DNA of 64,000 bases, from the UHGV virus genome UHGV-1352853; one strand, 5' to 3'. The notes under the pieces are model-generated. The model worked only from the letters and a program-made list of their open reading frames with translations, ran no database searches and was not told the origin of the DNA. Shown one piece after another: positions 57,460-64,000 of the stretch (its first letter is position 1; each line of letters opens with the position of its first letter). The DNA comes from a virus. The translations under genes were made by a program, and so were the position numbers.

Positions 57460-57750
57460 TACACCTCAAATAGGCAGTGGGGGATGGAATCGAACCATCA
57501 GTATTAAGTCTTATTCGTGCACCAAGCACGCTAGTAGATTACTCTACCGGAGGGAATCGAACCCTATCTACTTCACCAGACCCACCATAATTCTTCCAAT
57601 TTAGAGTAGCACTGTCACGGTGGGTGCTTTAAATGCCGGGAAACATTTAAATATACAATGCTACTTTGAATTGGTTATCAGTGAAGGATTCGAACCTCCG
57701 GTTGGAGTCTATAGCTTACCGCAGCAGCCCTCCAATCTAGCGGTGTCACA
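57460..57750 (-). ncRNA. three further tRNA-like elements (conserved GGTTCGAATCC-type T-arms) whose acceptor/anticodon arms I could not fold canonically
   Basis: T-arm motifs at about 57474-57490, 57544-57560, 57676-57692 on minus strand; CCA-like ends; likely tRNAs or tRNA pseudogenes. Confidence 0.35.
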
Positions 57751-57787
57751 CTTAGTCCAAACTTGAACATGTCAAGCCATCTCGTGC

Positions 57788-57854
57788 AACTGATAATTGG
57801 TTCCGGCGTCTGGACTCGAACCAGAACACTCACGTTTGTGCACAACGCTAGTAC
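57788..57854 (-). tRNA. short (67 nt) tRNA-like gene with truncated D-arm, anticodon loop GUGCACA (GCA, Cys?) and encoded CCA
   Basis: acceptor TCCGGTG/CGCCGGA (one G-U), T-arm TCTGG-TTCGAGT-CCAGA, anticodon stem GCGTT/AACGT; D-arm reduced to about 9 nt. Confidence 0.4.
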
Positions 57855-58054
57855 CTACACCGGAATTAATTGCCAGGGATTCCACCTGGCTCCATCTGTT
57901 TTTATAGTCACTCAGATATCGTCTGGACTTGTTGTGGTAGCCGGTACTGAACTCCGGCATAAGGCGCTTATTCGGCGGCGTCGAGCTTGCTTATTCGCTT
58001 GAGCCATCCTCGTGAGTCAGCCACGTCCCACTGCGCATCAGCCTGCACATTCAC

Positions 58055-58453
58055 CACAACGGAAAGAGCACTGATGCGCTCACTTGGGACTCCTTAGCCA
58101 TAACCCACGGGCTTCTGGTACACCAATGTTCTTACCTGTTGTGTGTTGTGGAGTGACGCACCATCTCACTCTTGAATGTTAACCCATCCCCAGCCCCACA
58201 ACATATGCTACGGTTAAGATTATTGCGTATGCTGTATGGTCTTGCTGATCACAACGGTAAGAGCACTGCTGCAACAATGTTGGATTTGGTATGCTAAGCC
58301 AGTCAACATTCAGTACTCTTGCCTGTTGTCTTCCCCGTTTCTAATACACGGACGGGGACACTCCATAAAACTATCAAAGAGTGCACTATTGCTCTCACTT
58401 GGGACTACTTAGCCCTAATCCGCAGACTTTGGGTACAGTAATGCACTCATTGT
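58055..58453. repeat. three imperfect direct copies of a ~75-nt element (CACAACGG[A/T]AAGAGCACTG.TGC ... CTCACTTGGGACT.CTTAGCC) in ORF-free region
   Basis: copies at 58055-58130, 58250-58300 (partial), 58375-58453; seen directly in sequence. Confidence 0.6.
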
Positions 58454-59168
58454 TAGGATGTCATAATAGGGGAGGGAGGACAAGTCTCCCTTTACCCTAT
58501 GATTTAGTTTACATGTAAGACCTAACATCCCGGTGTTGGATGAATAGCGTAATGATCTATCCGACATTATTGGTTAATGTTGTGCTCAACACGAGCGTTA
58601 GTTGATAAGGGATCTGAAGCCTTATCCCAAAGATACTAACCTTTGGGATATAGCCTAAGATTCAGAAATGGCCCCTATAGGGAGAGGCCATTGATTAACC
58701 CGAATGTTGCTTTACATTTTCTGTGAAAACCCGTTCTTAAAATAGTCTGTCTGACGGATGGGGGGCCACCCCTAGCGTCAGTGCCATACGGCAAAGATTA
58801 AGTTAAGAAAGGTTATGATAGGAGTTCCTATCTCAAAGGATTCTAGCAGAACCATTTACGATATTAACTACTCACTAAGAAACAATTTATTTTCTAGAGC
58901 AGACTCTATACCCAAGAAAGGGCTAACTTTTCCGTTTAGTTTCGGTTGAACCAATGGACTGGGGAGAGTATTCCAATCCACTGGTTCGGTTGTTGTTGTT
59001 ACTCTGGCGGCTTGTCACCACCGTGTTTACCACTGCATTTCCACAGGATAATGACAGTGATGATAAAAGCTATGTATGGAGCCGACACGTCTATAATCCT
59101 GACTAGTAGTAGCATCAGGACTATAAACACTACCACACCTAGCAGCAGCTTCTGAGCCACCTACCAGA

Positions 59169-59612
59169 TTAACTACGTTTAAGGCCAGCGAACAGTGAAG
59201 GCTTAGTAGCAGGTTTCTCTGCTGGTTCGTCAGCCTTAACTTCTTCCTGCACAACTTCTTCTTGTGCTCCTGGTTCAGTCACTGCTTCTTCTTCAGGTTC
59301 CGGCGTAGAACTCTCGTTCTGACCACCAGTAGAGGTCTGGGTTTCTTCTTCCTTTGCCTCTTCAACCACTTCTTCCGGTTCCGGTTCTACCGGACGGTGT
59401 TTAGCTTCCTGTGGGTTCTTACGAGAACGACGTGTCTTCTTCTCTACCAAGGGTGGAGTATCATCGTTATGACTTACCTCTTCATTAATACCAACGGAGG
59501 CTGTGCCGTCTGCATTGATGACAATACTAACATCACCAGCAAGATTGATTTGATCATCGACATAAGCCTGTACAGCAGCTTCTACTTCGGACTGGTTCAA
59601 AATGATTTGCAT
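59169..59612 (-). CDS. acidic low-complexity protein (147 aa)
   Basis: Glu/Pro-rich C-terminal half; synteny with N4 middle genes. Confidence 0.45.
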   Translation of the reverse strand: MQIILNQSEVEAAVQAYVDDQINLAGDVSIVINADGTASVGINEEVSHNDDTPPLVEKKTRRSRKNPQEAKHRPVEPEPEEVVEEAKEEETQTSTGGQNESSTPEPEEEAVTEPGAQEEVVQEEVKADEPAEKPATKPSLFAGLKRS

Positions 59613-59613
59613 G

Positions 59614-60168
59614 TTAAGCCTTTATTAATTTAATCAGGTTCTGGAAAGCTGGGAGATTTACACCAGCATGGATTGCACCGATTGCATCAGCTAAGTGCTC
59701 ATTCTTATTTAGAAGTTTGCCTTTCTTATCAGTTAGCCAGTTGGCTTCTGGATAGATAGCATGAGCAGCACGAATCATCGTGTCTTTGGATGCAGTTTTA
59801 TCACCGACCAGTGCAAGTTTGTTTTCAATTGGGGATACTTCAAAGATTGGACAACCCAATGCACGAAATGCACCTATTAATCCTACACATACACCATAGG
59901 ATTTCATACTGTTAGCAGACTGAGAGCTTACTGGTACTTCTACGAATACTGCTTTAGCAGACCGTAACCATTCCTCACAACCAAGAAACAAATCGTGAGC
60001 GGCTTGTATATCTTTGGAGTTGGTTCGAACTTGTTTGTTGTGGTCAACTTCAGTTTGAACCAGTTTAAGTTCGACCTGCTCGAAGACGCCGGACTCAATG
60101 TCCAGCATCCCACGAGCTAAACCCCAATTGCGGAGACTAATGTCTGCACCAACAATTGGGATTTTCAT
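59614..60168 (-). CDS. RuvC-like Holliday-junction resolvase fold protein
   Basis: N-terminal IPIVGADIS and C-terminal EHLADAIGAIHAG resembling RuvC/YqgF catalytic Asp/His positions. Confidence 0.45.
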   Translation of the reverse strand: MKIPIVGADISLRNWGLARGMLDIESGVFEQVELKLVQTEVDHNKQVRTNSKDIQAAHDLFLGCEEWLRSAKAVFVEVPVSSQSANSMKSYGVCVGLIGAFRALGCPIFEVSPIENKLALVGDKTASKDTMIRAAHAIYPEANWLTDKKGKLLNKNEHLADAIGAIHAGVNLPAFQNLIKLIKA

Positions 60169-60965
60169 TAACGCTTACCGAACAGTGATTTACCACCAGC
60201 AGGAGCAGTACCCGTGCCAGCACCTGGTTTAGGAGGCAATCCACCTTTACCATTACCGCCAGCAGAACTCTTGGTCTTGTCGCGAGTTTTGCCTTTGTTC
60301 TTTTCTAACCATGCTGCATAGAATACTGCCAGTTCCGGGGTCAGTTCTTTCTCAGCCTTCTCTGCTTCCTGAGCCTCGACGACTGTGACCAGCAGTTCCG
60401 GGTGAAACACTTTCTGAATCTCGTTTACTTCACGAGTTTCTCCAGAGTCAACGTAACCGTTGTCACCTTTAACTTGCTTGGACTCCAGAACTTTTTCCAG
60501 AGCGAAGGTAACAGTTTGACCTACCAGGTCAACTGGAACCATGACAGATTTATTAACTTCTGCTTTAGCATCGAAGTCGTAGACTTTAACAATCTTCTCT
60601 TCGAAGTCAGCTTCAGGCAGTTCCGTACCGGTAGCCATCAGCATCATGTCGTTAATGACGGTATAGCCAGGCAAGAAGTACTCTTTACCATTCTTCTCAT
60701 AAGTCGGCTTGTTGCCTTTAGCATTACCAGAAGTGAAGTACACCTGAGCACGGAACTCACCAGCAGGTACACCATCTGAGTTTTTCAGGTCTTCAATAAT
60801 TAACTGCATCCAGTCTGCACCGGAGTCAGCTTTGCCTACATAAGCTACTTTTACAGTACCAGTATAGATATCTGACTCCTTTGCACCAAAGCCACCACCA
60901 CCAAGGGAGTCTTTTACAGCTTCAACGTTTTTGGTTTTTTCTTTCAAGTTACTGAACAGGGACAT
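60168..60965 (-). CDS. single-stranded DNA-binding protein (N4 gp45-like SSB)
   Basis: 265 aa identical in length to N4 SSB, Gly-rich C-terminal tail, position between resolvase-like and P-loop genes. Confidence 0.55.
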   Translation of the reverse strand: MSLFSNLKEKTKNVEAVKDSLGGGGFGAKESDIYTGTVKVAYVGKADSGADWMQLIIEDLKNSDGVPAGEFRAQVYFTSGNAKGNKPTYEKNGKEYFLPGYTVINDMMLMATGTELPEADFEEKIVKVYDFDAKAEVNKSVMVPVDLVGQTVTFALEKVLESKQVKGDNGYVDSGETREVNEIQKVFHPELLVTVVEAQEAEKAEKELTPELAVFYAAWLEKNKGKTRDKTKSSAGGNGKGGLPPKPGAGTGTAPAGGKSLFGKR

Positions 60966-61005
60966 AATATTTTTCCTAATAAGTGATTAACAACCAGGCA
61001 AACGC

Positions 61006-61758
61006 TTAAGCGTAGTATTCAGCCAGATGGTCTAAAAGTTTCTGGGCATCATTATCAATATAAGTCTCAGACTTATCGAACATACCCATTGGGGAACGCA
61101 GACGTTTACCAACAGACTTCTTGGTTGGGCGAGTCTGGAATACGTGCTTATAGCCTAAGTCACGCTCTTCTTCCGTAATTTCAAGCATCTTGTTGCCATA
61201 CTTCTCCAGTTCTTTAATGTCTACACGCTCTGCGTAAACCACCGTAGAGAAGTAAGCCTCAAGGCCATTGTTCTTCAGAGAGCCTTTTACTGGGATGAAT
61301 GTTTTAATCACACCAGCAGCTTCGTCGAGTTCATCTTTGGCATGGGCAGTAATGATTACTGGCTTACCAAACTTAACAACTTTCTGTTGCAGCAGTATTT
61401 TAAAGAACTGTGCAAAATCCCCCCATGCTTTCTGGGTATTAGCAGATGGCAGTACATACTGTGATTCCAGCATATCCATCATGAAGGTAGCAGAGTCGAT
61501 AATGATACCATCAACATCGTCTGCCATTTCTCCACCTGGAGATGCAACATCAAATGCTTCCCAAATCTGGTATGGGTCTTCAATGTTGTAAGTATTGAAC
61601 TTGTTACGGAAAGGTAGACGTTTACCTGCCTCGGTATTCAGATAGAGCCAGCGTTCCTGGTTCCTGATGTTACGTAATGATGCTGATTTACCACTCGCTG
61701 AGAATCCTGCAATCAGGATTAGCTGAGTGTTCATATCATTGGAGATTTCTTCGGACAT
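61006..61758 (-). CDS. P-loop NTPase (Sak4/RecA-like?, N4 gp44 position)
   Basis: Walker A AGFSASGKSASL, Walker B-like IIIDSATF. Confidence 0.45.
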   Translation of the reverse strand: MSEEISNDMNTQLILIAGFSASGKSASLRNIRNQERWLYLNTEAGKRLPFRNKFNTYNIEDPYQIWEAFDVASPGGEMADDVDGIIIDSATFMMDMLESQYVLPSANTQKAWGDFAQFFKILLQQKVVKFGKPVIITAHAKDELDEAAGVIKTFIPVKGSLKNNGLEAYFSTVVYAERVDIKELEKYGNKMLEITEEERDLGYKHVFQTRPTKKSVGKRLRSPMGMFDKSETYIDNDAQKLLDHLAEYYA

Positions 61759-61814
61759 TATTTTCCCTCGTTTAATTTAGGAGTCCTTCAAACCAAAGAA
61801 AGACTCCTGTTTAC

Positions 61815-63998
61815 TTATTTGCCAGCGTAGCGTTTAGCCACGGTGACCATTACGGTTGCATTCAATTCATCATCTGGTAATGGATTAGCCAGTTTCTTAT
61901 TGAATGTGTGGACGGCTTGTTGTACTTGAGCAAAGTCCCAACCACTGTCAACCAATGCCAGTGCGTACTTAATCATTTGATTATTACGATTACCGGAGGC
62001 AATACGACTAGCGAACCAACGCTCCAGATTATCCAGCGACTGTACTTCCTTCATCTGGTTCTGGAACTGCTCGTTCTTACTAGTACGAGGAATAAAGTCA
62101 CGCACATCTAACAGATTTGCATCAAGGTTATAATGATAAGAACCAGTCTCACAAGACATCCACTTCTTGGCTCGTTGGTTAGCTGACTCATCCGTTTCGA
62201 ATGGTAGCCAAGCCATAACGTTATTCATGAACTCTTTATATTCCTCAGAGTCGAGGTGTAACTCATAGTTCATTGGAATAATCAGACGAAAGCGGTTCTC
62301 TTCATCAGTATGACGCTTGGTGGTATAGGTCATGAACTTATATTCCTTCATCAGTTCATGGCACGTATGCAGAGGTACTCCACCATCACAGTCAATAACA
62401 ATCATGTTAAATCCTGGGATAACATTCTCTTCAGAACGATGCCCATTCTTCATGTGATGGTTTACCCAGTGCATACCGGGAGCTTGGGTTAATACATGCA
62501 ACTGATCGAACGGTACACGTTCACCAATGTAGTCATAAGCAAAGCTATCACTATACGCCACAATCATCTCATTGATGTCAGTCTCTTTAAGAGTTTCACC
62601 ACGGAAGAACTCAATACCCTCATTGAAGGTCTTCTTAATGATGATGTGCTGTTTGTAACCCCATGCTGTAGCAAGAGTCATCATCTCATTGCGAGCTGCA
62701 TTACCACTCTTATAGAAAGGCAACGACTCCAGTAAGTCAGCATGAGTTACTTCTTTCCCTACAGAAGCAATATACTTAGCCAGCTTCACATAAGCTTTCT
62801 CACGATTTAGGATTGTCTGGAATGCTGCCCCAGATTCCTCTACAAGCAGAATTGCTTGTTTAAGATGAGCCATCTCAATGAATGAACTCTGGTCAACAAA
62901 TGCCAGTGCACCTGCCAACTTAAGTGCTTTAAAATAACGGTGAGAAATTTCAGCTTTACGAATATCTTCATGGTCAGCCATAGCTTCTGCTTGTTTCTCA
63001 CAATCAATTTTGTAAGTAATCAGAGCAATACCCACTGCATCTTCCACAATCATCTTAAAGCCAAACAAGTTTGGATCAGCCAGACTATGGAAGTGGTTAG
63101 CCCACTTACCCAGAGACTGAACGTTATCCTGCTTAATCAGGTTACGGTAGATTTCTTCTGGAGTTAGCGTTGCATGCGCTCGCTTGTCTAAATGCCCAAT
63201 GGCAAACAGACAACGACGTGCATATCCTGTATCAAGGAAATCATAGAACTGGTCTTCAGTCTGACCACCATCCAGTAGCTTACTTGGTGTACCAAACAGC
63301 AGCAGGTTAGTTGGAGTTTTGCCATCTAATTCTTCGCCACGAACGCTTTCAGCAGTATTCTTGGTTAGCTTCTGTTTTACTTTTCCCTGGTCATATAACT
63401 CTAGGAACAAGGTTAGTACATCCATGTTAGCCAGCAGGTTCGAACCAATTTCATCAATCTGAAGATTGATTGAACCACACCCAGCCATTAATAATTTATG
63501 ACGTAGTTGTTTAACTGCTGGTGGAGTACCTGAGTCAAACGTAAACGGATACGCCCCGGCACGTTTATACTCTGCTTCAACTTTATCGAACTCATCATTC
63601 TGGTCCGTACCCTGACGAGCAGCACGTTCGTTAGCAATCTTCCACAAACGGTCATTTGCAATGACGGGCATGGTGTCTTCCATAAAACGCTTACGGAAGC
63701 CAGTCATAAACCCGTCTTCGATAATATTTACTGAGTGGCCCTTACCGAAACCAGATGTAGCCAACGCTATAGCGTAGATGTTTACCGGCAGGTCACCACG
63801 GTCTTTAGTTACAATGGTTGCACCCATGCAGGATGCCATTTTAGCCAAGAAGTAGGCTACTTCGACACGGAAGAATCCCCGATCGTTATTCTGAGTTTTG
63901 TTACACAGCACATCCACAATTTCTTCAATTGCTTGGTGGTGTGTGACTCCGGTAAGGTCAATACTCATGATGGAAAATATCTCTCTCTTTGTTTGCAA
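61815..63998 (-). CDS. DNA primase-like replication protein (N4 gp43 position)
   Basis: 727 aa vs about 728 aa in N4; synteny only, no motif confirmed. Confidence 0.4.
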   Translation of the reverse strand: MQTKREIFSIMSIDLTGVTHHQAIEEIVDVLCNKTQNNDRGFFRVEVAYFLAKMASCMGATIVTKDRGDLPVNIYAIALATSGFGKGHSVNIIEDGFMTGFRKRFMEDTMPVIANDRLWKIANERAARQGTDQNDEFDKVEAEYKRAGAYPFTFDSGTPPAVKQLRHKLLMAGCGSINLQIDEIGSNLLANMDVLTLFLELYDQGKVKQKLTKNTAESVRGEELDGKTPTNLLLFGTPSKLLDGGQTEDQFYDFLDTGYARRCLFAIGHLDKRAHATLTPEEIYRNLIKQDNVQSLGKWANHFHSLADPNLFGFKMIVEDAVGIALITYKIDCEKQAEAMADHEDIRKAEISHRYFKALKLAGALAFVDQSSFIEMAHLKQAILLVEESGAAFQTILNREKAYVKLAKYIASVGKEVTHADLLESLPFYKSGNAARNEMMTLATAWGYKQHIIIKKTFNEGIEFFRGETLKETDINEMIVAYSDSFAYDYIGERVPFDQLHVLTQAPGMHWVNHHMKNGHRSEENVIPGFNMIVIDCDGGVPLHTCHELMKEYKFMTYTTKRHTDEENRFRLIIPMNYELHLDSEEYKEFMNNVMAWLPFETDESANQRAKKWMSCETGSYHYNLDANLLDVRDFIPRTSKNEQFQNQMKEVQSLDNLERWFASRIASGNRNNQMIKYALALVDSGWDFAQVQQAVHTFNKKLANPLPDDELNATVMVTVAKRYAGK

Positions 63999-64000
63999 AT

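Noticed and set aside
58055-58453. Possibility that the repeated elements are a CRISPR array
   Set aside because: The repeats are about 75 nt, imperfect, irregularly spaced (about 195 and 125 nt) and lack short uniform spacers. No cas genes are present anywhere in the window.
58946-59254. ORFs 58946..59155 (+) and 59027..59254 (-) in the non-coding region
   Set aside because: They overlap each other, have low-complexity translations and no RBS. Treated as non-coding.
1-64000. Temperate-lifestyle or integrative element signals (integrase, repressor, att sites)
   Set aside because: None seen. No tyrosine or serine recombinase motifs and no CI-like repressor. Gene content and order match obligately lytic N4-like phages.

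Overview
This window looks like about 64 kb of an N4-like podovirus genome (Schitoviridae). I base that on a 3,458-codon virion RNA polymerase ORF (44545..54921), a two-subunit T7-like RNAP II pair with all the catalytic motifs, and N4 gene order and gene sizes throughout. The layout is as follows.

- **Late module (23.3-54.9 kb, + strand):** gp69-like ORF, TerL, appendage/sheath-like proteins, a lysis cassette (holin, GH108 muramidase, embedded Rz/Rz1), portal, scaffold-like protein, major capsid protein, gp55-51-like virion proteins and vRNAP.
- **Middle/replication genes (54.9-64 kb, - strand):** HTH protein, a Tad2-like DUF2829 protein, RuvC-like resolvase, SSB, a P-loop ATPase and a primase-like protein.
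- **tRNA cluster and non-coding region (57.0-59.2 kb):** two clean tRNAs plus several degenerate tRNA-like elements, followed by about 1.2 kb of repeat-rich non-coding DNA.
- **Early region (0-20.6 kb, - strand):** rIIA-like GHKL ATPase, ThyX, a dCTP-deaminase fold protein, an Imm-type superinfection-immunity protein, a MoxR AAA+/VWA-metallopeptidase pair, a gp17-like Ig decoration protein, RNAP II subunits, DUF4326 and DUF2493 proteins, and two HNH homing endonucleases.

The findings I would look at first:
1. The MoxR ATPase gene appears to be interrupted by a group I intron carrying an HNH endonuclease. Recognisable R/S (P7), P8 and P9 elements are present, the intron ends in G after an exon-terminal U, and splicing would restore a canonical LLFLDEF Walker B.
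2. Three hairpin promoters of the N4 vRNAP type (5-6 bp stem, GGA loop, conserved flanks) sit upstream of the first early ORFs, next to an ORF-free gap that is probably the genome terminus.
3. Six tandem paralogous small genes lie between that terminus and the structural module.
4. A Tad2-like (DUF2829) domain protein suggests an anti-Thoeris sponge.
5. The tRNA cluster is non-canonical and sits beside a repeat-rich non-coding kilobase.
6. A third HEG-like gene is inserted among the virion-protein genes.

I saw no integrase, repressor or CRISPR signals. Transcription units are punctuated by a family of GGAGG/CTCC-rich intrinsic terminators. All product calls come from motif recognition by eye and synteny; no database search was possible.
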